Below, in pieces: positions 1-8,980 of a stretch of DNA of 24,186 nt. The stretch lies in sequence record NC_013585.1. One strand, 5' to 3'. The position numbers and the translations under genes were made by a program. Every line of letters begins with the position of its first letter. Positions within the stretch are counted from its first letter, which is position 1. Below the pieces are notes generated by a model. It was not told the origin of the DNA. It ran no database searches and saw nothing but the letters and a program-made list of their open reading frames with translations.

Positions 1-5
1 TTTAG

Positions 6-254
6 GTGGGATATAGACACCACCAACACGATAGATGGATTCAAAGGGCAGTAAAAAGGAAAGGTCGGTCTCATAGATATCTAGAAAGGCTTTACGGCAA
101 AAGAGCGTTTACAAAAGACGGTGACATAAAGGTTGAGTATATAGATAAGGCAATTCGTCATGTGAAGAGGAATTACTCTAAAGGATCAGAAGAGCGTAGA
201 AGTTTGCTTTCGGCCCTATACTTGGCAAAGCGATTAAAGAGGTTAAAGAAATGA
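6..254 (+). CDS. vp2: VP2 basic DNA-binding virion nucleoprotein
   Basis: Very basic 82 aa; WIQRAVKRKGRSHRYLERLYGKRAFTKDGDIK...RSLLSALYLAKRLKR matches SSV1 VP2. GTG start preceded by GAGGTGA across the circular junction. Confidence 0.92.
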   Translation: MGYRHHQHDRWIQRAVKRKGRSHRYLERLYGKRAFTKDGDIKVEYIDKAIRHVKRNYSKGSEERRSLLSALYLAKRLKRLKK

Positions 255-397
255 AGGAAAGAGATAACGTAATAAAGAAGAAGATACGGATAAAGGAAAA
301 CCTAATAAAGCGTTTGCAACATGATATTGAAGTTAACCGTAAAATCATCATACGGGAAAAAAGGGAAATCGAAAAGTTGAGAAAAAAGTTAAGGTAG
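251..397 (+). CDS. 48-aa highly basic coiled-coil-like protein (not in ORF track)
   Basis: Hand-translated MKERDNVIKKKIRIKENLIKRLQHDIEVNRKIIIREKREIEKLRKKLR. ATGA overlap with the vp2 stop; fills the gap up to the next promoter. Confidence 0.65.
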   Translation: MKERDNVIKKKIRIKENLIKRLQHDIEVNRKIIIREKREIEKLRKKLR

Positions 398-400
398 GCC

Positions 401-431
401 ATTTATAAAACCATAATCTTTTTTTCTCTTG
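401..431 (+). promoter_or_regulatory. TATA box (TTTATAAA 402-409) plus pyrimidine tract: leaderless promoter and probable terminator of the vp operon
   Basis: TATA begins 30 nt before ATG432; T-rich run TCTTTTTTTCTCTT is typical of Sulfolobales terminators. Confidence 0.7.
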
Positions 432-680
432 ATGAGTGCGTTAGGTGACGTAATCTATATTTTAGGTATACTGATTCCACTCCTAGGTTTGATTGTAAGA
501 AACTATCTAGTTGACCTTTTAGGATTTATCATGGGTACTATGGGCTTTCTGGTGTTTGTGCAAAACTACACAGACATAACATTTTCAGCGTCAAACTTCT
601 ATCTTGCACTACTTCCGTTAGCGTTTGGCCTCATGGACTTTGCCTTTTTCTTCAATTGGGTCAGGGAGGAAAGGATATGA
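432..680 (+). CDS. Conserved fusellovirus membrane protein, SSV1 A82-like
   Basis: MSALGDVIYILG...NYLV...FFNWVREERI matches the A82 family; three hydrophobic segments. ATG432 preferred over TTG429. Confidence 0.85.
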   Translation: MSALGDVIYILGILIPLLGLIVRNYLVDLLGFIMGTMGFLVFVQNYTDITFSASNFYLALLPLAFGLMDFAFFFNWVREERI

Positions 681-689
681 GGGGATTAA

Positions 690-974
690 ATGTTAGAAAT
701 TTCAAAACTTTATTTCCTCATAGGAACAGTAATAGATTTAATAAGTATATTTTTCTTACTTCTGTTCAGAAAGTCAAAGCCCAAAACCAAGACATCAAAT
801 TTAGACCACAGAGGCATAAAGCGGTTGGGGTATTATCTAATAATAAGTTCCATTTTGGTTTTAGTTATTTCACATCTTGTTTCCTTTCACAACTACATCA
901 GTTACTTCATGGGGTTGTCCCTGATGGGGCTGATGTTTTTGATAGGAATGATAATGGTGACCAATCATGAATAA
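690..974 (+). CDS. Membrane protein at the SSV1 C84 position
   Basis: About three TM segments; GAGGGG RBS upstream; syntenic between A82-like and A92-like genes. Confidence 0.7.
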   Translation: MLEISKLYFLIGTVIDLISIFFLLLFRKSKPKTKTSNLDHRGIKRLGYYLIISSILVLVISHLVSFHNYISYFMGLSLMGLMFLIGMIMVTNHE

Positions 975-1230
975 TCTAAATGAAGAACAGAAAAGAAAAC
1001 AATGGGAGCACAGGTGGGGAATAAGGAAAGAACAACTACTACAAAAGGTAATGGAAAAAAAGAGGGGTGGATTTGGAAAGAAACATTTTGTATTTTATTG
1101 TATCTTATGCGGTAGAGAGTATATTTACTCTTCCTCATTGCGGGAGCATTTGAAGACAGTCCACCAAATAAAGAAAAACTATTCTGAGTTTTTTGGAAGA
1201 AAATCATTAGGGGGTGTTGTAAATGTCTGA
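967..1230 (+). CDS. A92-position protein with WEHRWG motif and C-terminal C2H2 zinc finger
   Basis: WEHRWG; CILC-x12-H-x4-H (CILCGREYIYSSSLREHLKTVH); overlaps both neighbouring genes. Confidence 0.75.
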   Translation: MNNLNEEQKRKQWEHRWGIRKEQLLQKVMEKKRGGFGKKHFVFYCILCGREYIYSSSLREHLKTVHQIKKNYSEFFGRKSLGGVVNV

Positions 1231-2014
1231 TGGGAAAGCATTTGAAGAGGAACTAAAGAAAGCCAAGAGTCTGGAGGAATTAAGGCAAAGGTATGAAGAT
1301 GCAAAGAAACAGATAAGCGATGGCAAAGACTTAAAGAAACTTTACAAAGTATACGAGAAAAAAGAGTTTGAACTAAAGAAGGCCCAATTTGATCAGCTTA
1401 AACAAGAGCTTTCAAAAAAGAAGAAAAAATACAGAAAAGAGAAAGTAGACGTAAACGTTAAAGTAGTTAAGAAGTGGATCAATTCGCGTTTGTTTACAGC
1501 GGAACACTATGTGGCTATGTTGCAGCAGAGTCGTGATGGTTTGCAGCTGCTATTTCTTAGGAAAACTAAACTTATCGAGAATCAGGGCTATCTGATGTTG
1601 GAAAATAAGAAGATGAGGAAGTCATGGGTCTTAAACGGTGAACCTCTTCTTCTTGAGAAAAGTAGGTTTCCGTTTGGGCGTAAATTCGTGGCTATCCATT
1701 TCGTCCTTCCTGACTACCCGTATACTTTAGACCTTACAATAGACGATAAGATTAGACAGCTCACGCTCAAGAACTTGAATGCCCCTCAAATTATGCATTC
1801 TATTATAAAGACTAAGTTCTTTGAAGCGTTAGCAAAGGTCGGTGGAGGAACCGACTACACAATGCTAATAATCGGTGCCCTAATGGGCATCGGTATAGGT
1901 GCAGCGATCGGATTTGGAATTTCTGACGCAAACTTAACGCATCTATTGGTTCATCATGTTACAAATACTACCCATACCATAAGTCCATATCCAACTTCAA
2001 CAAAGGTGAGCTAA
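1223..2014 (+). CDS. SSV1 B277-like core protein (coiled-coil N-terminus, C-terminal TM)
   Basis: MSDGK...coiled coil...INSRLFTAEHYVAML; C-terminal hydrophobic segment; GGGGTG RBS; synteny. Confidence 0.85.
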   Translation: MSDGKAFEEELKKAKSLEELRQRYEDAKKQISDGKDLKKLYKVYEKKEFELKKAQFDQLKQELSKKKKKYRKEKVDVNVKVVKKWINSRLFTAEHYVAMLQQSRDGLQLLFLRKTKLIENQGYLMLENKKMRKSWVLNGEPLLLEKSRFPFGRKFVAIHFVLPDYPYTLDLTIDDKIRQLTLKNLNAPQIMHSIIKTKFFEALAKVGGGTDYTMLIIGALMGIGIGAAIGFGISDANLTHLLVHHVTNTTHTISPYPTSTKVS

Positions 2015-2482
2015 ATGGCTAAGAAGAACGGCTTAACGGAAGTAGAGCAATTGAGAAAAGAAAATGATGAGTTAAAGAAAAAGTTAGCAGAGCTAGAGGC
2101 CTTAATGAATAACGAAACAGATGAAGATGAAAAAGAGGATTTACAGGAAATTGAGAACCCCTACACAGTTACAAACCGTGCTATCAGCGAATTAGTAGAC
2201 CCTAAGGACACCATGTTCTACCTTTCAGGGAATCAGGTTTCACTGATCCTAACGGCTTACGAGTTTGCTAGGTTGCCCTCATATTTCGGGGAAGAACCAA
2301 TCACAGAGTTAGCCGAATATGCACACAAACTTAAGCACTACTTAGTAAGTAAGGGCGGAAGAGGAAGAAGGGATATACTGAGGGTATTAAGGGTATCATC
2401 AGGTGACGCAAGAGAAAATATAAACAAATCAGTGTTTAAGCAATTGTTAGAAGGGGGTAAGGATAGTGACCTCAAAGAGTGA
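2015..2482 (+). CDS. SSV1 A154-like core protein
   Basis: MAKKNGLTE...ENPYTVTN...HYLVSKGGRGRRDILRVLR; AGGTGAG RBS; TAAATG coupling; lies just before the B251-like gene. Confidence 0.88.
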   Translation: MAKKNGLTEVEQLRKENDELKKKLAELEALMNNETDEDEKEDLQEIENPYTVTNRAISELVDPKDTMFYLSGNQVSLILTAYEFARLPSYFGEEPITELAEYAHKLKHYLVSKGGRGRRDILRVLRVSSGDARENINKSVFKQLLEGGKDSDLKE

Positions 2483-3164
2483 CGTATTATGGTTATCTAA
2501 AAAAATAGTTTCGGCATATCATAACATAGGCTTTGTATCGGCGGTAGTTTTCGGTAAGCAGGGTTCAGGGAAAACTACTTATGCCCTTAAAGTTGCTAGG
2601 GATGTATTTTGGAAACTAAACAATTTAGAAAATAAGGATGACGCATGGGATTACGTTAGAAATGCTTACTTCTTTGAATTACCTAATGCACTTGACAAAA
2701 TCCAAGACGCAATAGACAATGATTATAGGATTCCCTTAATCATATTTGATGATGCGGGTATTTGGATGAGTAAGTATGTATGGTATGAGGACTACATGAA
2801 AGTATTCTATAAGATCTATGCCCTCATAAGGACTAGGGTGTCAGCGGTTATATTTACAACCCCATCACCTGAAGACATCGCTTTTTATCTGAGGGAAAAA
2901 GGATGGTATCAGATACGGGTAACAATGGTGAATAGAAATAAGATGATAGCCAGAGCCACACTTTACGCTAAAGATTTCGGTAGAAACACAAGTGGTGAGA
3001 TCGTTACCCAGGTGAAGACAAAGGCCTTAGACTTTTTTAAGGTACAAATACCTGATAATATATATAAGGAATATATGCAAAGGAGGAAGGAAACGGAAAG
3101 AAAATTATTAGAAGAATTGAGAAAAACGCTATCAACCTTAAACGAAAAAAAGGCCGTTAATTAG
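2466..3164 (+). CDS. SSV1 B251-like P-loop ATPase (DnaA-like / putative packaging or replication ATPase)
   Basis: Walker A GKQGSGKT, Walker B LIIFDDAG; conserved position convergent with the integrase. Confidence 0.9.
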   Translation: MTSKSDVLWLSKKIVSAYHNIGFVSAVVFGKQGSGKTTYALKVARDVFWKLNNLENKDDAWDYVRNAYFFELPNALDKIQDAIDNDYRIPLIIFDDAGIWMSKYVWYEDYMKVFYKIYALIRTRVSAVIFTTPSPEDIAFYLREKGWYQIRVTMVNRNKMIARATLYAKDFGRNTSGEIVTQVKTKALDFFKVQIPDNIYKEYMQRRKETERKLLEELRKTLSTLNEKKAVN

Positions 3165-3179
3165 GGTAGATAACGGGGG

Positions 3180-4223
<1,044 letters not shown>

Positions 4224-4254
4224 AAGGAGTTTAAAAGCATTGGCAACCCGTTAG

Positions 4255-4298
4255 TTTTTGCCGTTAAAAAGCGTGAAATTGAAAGATGACGGCAAAAA
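4255..4298. repeat. Inverted repeat (10 bp perfect, 12 with a G-T pair) in the int / early-promoter intergenic region
   Basis: TTTTTGCCGT (4255-4264) is the reverse complement of ACGGCAAAAA (4289-4298). Confidence 0.75.
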
Positions 4299-4303
4299 AT
4301 ATG

Positions 4304-4373
4304 TAGTACAAAGTAAGTATACAGTAATGCTTAAATACTACAAAGTACAAAGATTATACTGAGAAAGATGGAA
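4304..4373 (+). promoter_or_regulatory. Early promoter copy A (70-bp direct repeat) with TACAAAG heptamers
   Basis: 66/70 identical to 10057-10126; CTTAAATA TATA-like box; TACAAAG at 4307, 4339 and 4346. Confidence 0.85.
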
Positions 4374-4544
4374 ACACACATCACCGTAAAAATGGATAAA
4401 AAGCTAAAGGATGTTTTTTCAGACCTATGCGAAATGGAAGGAGTGGATCTAAGCCACGGCATAAGAGAATTAATCGCTGAAGCTGTAGCTAGAGGCTACA
4501 TCGTGAAAGAAAGAAGAGAAAGAATGGAAAAGGTGAAGGCGTAA
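4368..4544 (+). CDS. 58-aa ribbon-helix-helix (CopG-like) regulator (not in ORF track)
   Basis: Hand-translated METHITVKMDKKLKDVFSDLCEMEGVDLSHGIRELIAEAVARGYIVKERRERMEKVKA: alternating beta-strand followed by two helices; first gene after the promoter. Confidence 0.8.
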   Translation: METHITVKMDKKLKDVFSDLCEMEGVDLSHGIRELIAEAVARGYIVKERRERMEKVKA

Positions 4545-4562
4545 AGCTGTGGGTGGTAACGC

Positions 4563-5078
4563 ATGAAAGCAATGAAATATAATTTCCAAGAAGTAGACGA
4601 AAGAAAACCAACACTAATAGTAAAATTGGCTCCAACGTCGGAAGATGGTAGTTACGGCGAAGCAGTATTGGAATTCAATAAACTATTGGAACCGGTAAAG
4701 GTGTCAGGCAAAACAAAGGACGGGAAAAACTTTGAGACGACTAGATGCGAAATGGTGGCGATACCGTTAGAAGGCGTATTCATCGATGTAATAAACAAAG
4801 AAGAAGTACCTAAGAAGGATCCCAAGACGGGCAGGGTTATAGGAAAAGACATGATACCTAAATCCTACACTGCCGACGAACTAAGCAAACTAATGGAAGA
4901 AAGAGGAAACGATGGAGTGATCATAAGGCTAAGTCAGGGTAGTTATGAATTTATAAGGAAGAACGTTAATGCGGGGAAGATACAATCCGGTGACATAATA
5001 AAAATAGAGTACACCATAGGGAATAGCGGAGGTGCTACAATAAAGAAGATATTTAAAGCAGAACGTGAAGAACAATAA
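4563..5078 (+). CDS. Hypothetical beta-rich protein, possible OB-fold ssDNA-binding protein
   Basis: 171 aa; GGTGGT RBS; beta-strand pattern ending GDIIKIEY; acidic tail EREEQ; sits upstream of two helicase-like genes. Function is inferred only. Confidence 0.65.
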   Translation: MKAMKYNFQEVDERKPTLIVKLAPTSEDGSYGEAVLEFNKLLEPVKVSGKTKDGKNFETTRCEMVAIPLEGVFIDVINKEEVPKKDPKTGRVIGKDMIPKSYTADELSKLMEERGNDGVIIRLSQGSYEFIRKNVNAGKIQSGDIIKIEYTIGNSGGATIKKIFKAEREEQ

Positions 5079-5100
5079 TTTTTTTTCGAGGAGATTTCTC

Positions 5101-5307
5101 ATGACTGTGATTTTATTACATAAAAAGGGGAAATACTCAACCACAACTAATTGCGAACCTGCACATGAAGTTTTGTTGGAAAACGGTCAAAGGATAAAAG
5201 CGGAAAAGGTTTGTTGGGAAGAAAATGGGAAAGTTACTGTTTTCGGAAATAAGGTTTACGTAATAAAGTTCGGCATTGCAACGGTGGTGGAGGAATATGA
5301 TGCTTAG
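5101..5307 (+). CDS. Hypothetical 68-aa protein
   Basis: GAGGAG RBS before ATG5101 (the track start at 5065 overlaps the upstream gene); overlaps the helicase start. Confidence 0.6.
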   Translation: MTVILLHKKGKYSTTTNCEPAHEVLLENGQRIKAEKVCWEENGKVTVFGNKVYVIKFGIATVVEEYDA

Positions 5308-6955
5308 AGATTATCAGGAGGAGATTGTAAAGAGAGCAGTTGAAGCATTGGATAACGGCCGTTCCGTTATCATAAACGCCCCAACCGGCACTGGAAAAAC
5401 TCTAATGGCTCTTGAGACTTTGAGGAGACTGGATAAGATAGGTTGGGTTTACGTTAGGACGATTTCAGAATACAGTTCGTGGGAAAGAGATGCAAGAAAA
5501 TTAGGTTTAACATTTAGCGGTTTAATGAGAAAAGGAGAATTTTGCAAAGCAATAAAGAGGCCTTATTATTACTATTGTACGAAATGTGATGAAGAAGTTG
5601 GTGAAGAGCACCTAAGGATACATAAAAGGTTTATAGAAAGGAGGTATAACAACCCTTTATGCTTTTCTTCTAAAACAGGATTATGTAGGTTTAGAGTTGA
5701 GAACCATGATGAGATTAAAGACACTGTAATAATGAAAATGGAAGAACTGTTAAGGAATGAGGGAATAAAAGGTACTGCTAACTGGTTTAGGGATAATAAA
5801 ATAGAAGGTGAAGATGTATGCGTTTATAAAACAATAGAAGGAGGTACGGACATCAGAATATACTCCTATATCTACTTCTTCTTAGGAATTAGGAAACCTG
5901 ATGAAGACATAGTAGTGTTTGATGAAGCCCATAACCTTGATGATTTTAATATCAATAACGTCACTATAACATTAAAGGAGATAATAAATCATTTCAAAAG
6001 GTTAAGAATTGAAGGTTTAAACGACGGCACATTTTTAGAGACCGTCGGGAATGATTTTAAGGAATTTATCCAAGATCCGGAAAGGGGATTTCCACATACA
6101 GAGTTCTTAGATGAAGATCTACAAAAAAAGTTTGGGACTGTAGCAAGGGCATGGGAAGAACAAGATAGATGGTATATAGAACGTGACTATAATGAGTGGT
6201 ACATTAAGGTAATGCCTGCAGACCCTGCAATATGGCTAAGTATTTTGAACGATTACCGCTTTATTCTCCTTTCTGGAACTATGCCGTCTCCTGAATACGT
6301 AAAAACCGTTTGGGGTCTTAATGATTTCGTTTATATTAATGCTTTATCGCTCTGGAGCAAAACGTCACTAAAAGGACATTTTGAGGGTGCTAAAATATTT
6401 GTGGATGACACTGTTTACTACATAAAGAATGAAAGGGCTAAATACAGAAAGCAAATAGCAGCCACCGTAAGACAATATGCGTCTAAAGAAGGAATAAATT
6501 TAGTAATAGTACCTAATTATGAGGAACTGGAAGCCTACAAGAATCTATTTTTCGGTGCTTTCTTTGAGGATATCAGACCGGACGTATTGGATCGCGTGAA
6601 GACTCTTCCTGATGGTTCTATAGTTTTTGCTGTAGCAGGAGGCAAGTTAAGTGAAGGTGTAGAGGTTACTGAAAACGGTAAAAGTAAAATAAAAACAGTA
6701 TTCGTAATAGGTCTACCTCTTCCCGAGTATAATAACCCCTACCTAGATAAAATGATTGAAACAGTTTCAAAAAGAGTATCAAAAGATCCTAACAACTTTA
6801 AGTGGCAAGTGCTTTACGAGAAAGCAGTCATTAAGATTAAACAGGCAATAGGTAGAGCCATTAGGGGCCCTCAAGATTCTGCAAACATCTACTTGATTGA
6901 CAAAAGGTTCGGGTACAAGAACGTAATGAGGTTAATGAATCTGGAGGTGGCCTAA
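5297..6955 (+). CDS. XPD/Rad3/DinG-family SF2 helicase with Fe-S-type cysteines
   Basis: Q-motif LRDYQ, APTGTGKT, DEAHNL, LLSGT, GGKLSEGVE, QAIGRAIR; GGTGGAGG RBS before ATG5297/5300. Confidence 0.9.
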   Translation: MMLRDYQEEIVKRAVEALDNGRSVIINAPTGTGKTLMALETLRRLDKIGWVYVRTISEYSSWERDARKLGLTFSGLMRKGEFCKAIKRPYYYYCTKCDEEVGEEHLRIHKRFIERRYNNPLCFSSKTGLCRFRVENHDEIKDTVIMKMEELLRNEGIKGTANWFRDNKIEGEDVCVYKTIEGGTDIRIYSYIYFFLGIRKPDEDIVVFDEAHNLDDFNINNVTITLKEIINHFKRLRIEGLNDGTFLETVGNDFKEFIQDPERGFPHTEFLDEDLQKKFGTVARAWEEQDRWYIERDYNEWYIKVMPADPAIWLSILNDYRFILLSGTMPSPEYVKTVWGLNDFVYINALSLWSKTSLKGHFEGAKIFVDDTVYYIKNERAKYRKQIAATVRQYASKEGINLVIVPNYEELEAYKNLFFGAFFEDIRPDVLDRVKTLPDGSIVFAVAGGKLSEGVEVTENGKSKIKTVFVIGLPLPEYNNPYLDKMIETVSKRVSKDPNNFKWQVLYEKAVIKIKQAIGRAIRGPQDSANIYLIDKRFGYKNVMRLMNLEVA

Positions 6956-8980
6956 ATGGATAAGGAAACACTTAAGAGGATAGTTGCTGAAAAACTGAAG
7001 AAGGATGGAGATGGGAAAAATAATTCAGTGCCACCTCAAAACTCAAATAACTTATTACGTAATGATAAAAATTCTCCGGAAGTAAACAAAGGGTATAACC
7101 AAAATGTACCATTTGCACCAGTGAATTTAAGCACTGGTGCAAGAGAAAAATTGACTGGTGCAAATGGTACAAATCACTCTATATCTTCCAAAACTTCCGG
7201 AGAATTTAGTTCATCAGATGAGGAAGAAATTGAAGAAGGTGTTGAAATTAAAGATAATATAATTATAATAAAAACGAAAGATAAACATAAATTCGAAATA
7301 TACTACGGTTTCGCTGGAACAATAGAGGACAATACTAGAATTATAGACCTTAAAGTTCCTCAACTTCCGCAATGGAATTTTGTAGCTAAGAAGAAGGATG
7401 AAACTTTAAGCATACTGATTACTATTGACTTTTATCAAGCCGAAGGAAAGACAATATACCATATTAGGAATAAGAAAGAGATAATTGGGAAACTTTACGC
7501 GTTCAGAGGTCAAAGAAATATCTCCAAGAAACTAATCAACGATGCTCTTGATTTATGGTTAGAACGCATAGAACCAGAGAAATATATACAATGGACAGAC
7601 GTACGTGAGGTGGTGAAAAAGTATGAAGAGTGGGAAGAGATAAATCAAGACCCGCTTAACTTTTTCCTAAGTAGGGCTTCGGAGGTTATAGGGAATGAGA
7701 AACTTAAGGCTGCGGTTTTGCTTAGTATAGTATCATCACAACTTAGGAAGCTCTTCGGGATATATCGTGTTCACTTAATTTTAACTGGTAGTTCCGGTGC
7801 CGGGAAGTCATCTACCATAAAATCAATCTTAAAGATGTTCTACGAGATGAGTGATGGGATCCAAGATTGGATAGTACTTAACATAACAAGGATGACAAAG
7901 GAAAGTTTAGGTTATCTTGACGTTGGTAGTCTTGACGATAAAGTGTTATTCATTGAACAACTTGACAATATAGAAGGAGTAGGATATCTAAGGGAAGCTA
8001 TGAGTGAAGGAAGAATAACTACGTTAATCCCGGTGAAGACGGAAACCGGGGATATAAAGACAGAACAAAAGATTATTCCGGGGCAGCCGGCATTTATTAC
8101 AACAAACGTTACTGCAAACGTTGACCACCAAATTCTAAATAGGTCGATACAGCTTTACTTAAGCCCGGCAGAAGATGAGAAGCTAAAAACGAAGATTATA
8201 GAGACGATCTTAGAGAGAGAACCGGAGGAGGAACTTCAAAAACTCAAATTAATTACCTATGTTTGGCTTAAGACAAGGCCTATTTCCCCAAAGATGACCA
8301 AAGAAGTGAAAGATGAATTGATAAGACTGCTTAGCAAGTTCATTAACTTTAAGAACATTTACAGGGCTACAGAAATCACTAGGAATTTAGTTAGAGCAGC
8401 AGCTTCACTTTTCGGCCATGAAGAGATTCAGAAAGACGACGTTAATTTCGTAATGAGTTACTTCAAGAAGGATATAATCCTCACCACATTAGAGCTCTCA
8501 GAGAGAGACCTTAATCTGTTGAAGTGGCTTAGAGACCACGGATTTATTCAAGGGGAGAAAGATGACGAAACTATTGATGTTGGTACCGCAGAAATAGCTC
8601 AATACTTTAAAATGGCAACTCAAGAGGTTAAGAAAATTTTGGATTCGCTTTATGATAAAGGTTTATTGTGGAAAGCATATGATGGTAAGCGTTTCAGTTG
8701 GGCGTTGTCACACTACGGGCTTAAAGTGTTGGATGAACTGGAGAAAGAGGTAGGAGAGAAAGAGGAGGAAATACAGGCAGATATCGAAGTTGATGATATG
8801 TTGTTGAATTATGTCCGTTCTAAGCTGTTAGGAAAAGATGAAGTTACGGAAGAGGAGCTTCAAAACATTTTGGAAAAAACAGTTCAGGCTACTGATACGC
8901 AATCACAACAAATGTGGATAGATCTGTTAGAGAAAATGAGCGTGATAAAGAAGAGTGATGGGAAATGGAAAGTGCTTTGA
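6956..8980 (+). CDS. MCM-like AAA+ ATPase / Rep-type helicase with disordered N-terminus and C-terminal winged helices
   Basis: GNEKLKAAVLLS, Walker A GSSGAGKS, Walker B-like LFIEQLD, REAMSEG, FITTN sensor 1, ILNRS arginine finger, wHTH TAEIAQYF...KKILDSLYDKGLL; GGAGGTGG RBS and TAAATG coupling. Confidence 0.75.
   Translation: MDKETLKRIVAEKLKKDGDGKNNSVPPQNSNNLLRNDKNSPEVNKGYNQNVPFAPVNLSTGAREKLTGANGTNHSISSKTSGEFSSSDEEEIEEGVEIKDNIIIIKTKDKHKFEIYYGFAGTIEDNTRIIDLKVPQLPQWNFVAKKKDETLSILITIDFYQAEGKTIYHIRNKKEIIGKLYAFRGQRNISKKLINDALDLWLERIEPEKYIQWTDVREVVKKYEEWEEINQDPLNFFLSRASEVIGNEKLKAAVLLSIVSSQLRKLFGIYRVHLILTGSSGAGKSSTIKSILKMFYEMSDGIQDWIVLNITRMTKESLGYLDVGSLDDKVLFIEQLDNIEGVGYLREAMSEGRITTLIPVKTETGDIKTEQKIIPGQPAFITTNVTANVDHQILNRSIQLYLSPAEDEKLKTKIIETILEREPEEELQKLKLITYVWLKTRPISPKMTKEVKDELIRLLSKFINFKNIYRATEITRNLVRAAASLFGHEEIQKDDVNFVMSYFKKDIILTTLELSERDLNLLKWLRDHGFIQGEKDDETIDVGTAEIAQYFKMATQEVKKILDSLYDKGLLWKAYDGKRFSWALSHYGLKVLDELEKEVGEKEEEIQADIEVDDMLLNYVRSKLLGKDEVTEEELQNILEKTVQATDTQSQQMWIDLLEKMSVIKKSDGKWKVL
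7069..7207. repeat. Nested inverted repeats centred at 7138 inside the MCM-like gene
   Basis: 15-bp perfect IR 7069-7083/7193-7207; 18-bp perfect IR 7105-7122/7154-7171; 11-bp hairpin 7113-7123/7132-7142. Confidence 0.9.

Noticed and set aside
178-402. 74-aa minus-strand ORF
   Set aside because: Mirror of the A-rich vp2 and 48-aa genes; its hydrophobicity is a by-product of T-richness.
656-1207. Alternative ORFs 656-970 (+) and 965-1207 (-)
   Set aside because: They overlap better-supported genes that have an RBS and conserved synteny.
4652-5144. Minus-strand ORFs 4652-4852 and 4929-5144
   Set aside because: Antisense to the 171-aa gene; no promoter or motif support.
6972-7172. 66-aa alternative-frame ORF over the inverted repeats
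   Set aside because: No RBS; wholly inside the 674-aa gene. The repeat structure is better explained as a DNA element.
6956-8980. Lon protease interpretation of the AAA+ gene
   Set aside because: No Ser-Lys protease domain visible; the C-terminus looks like winged helices.
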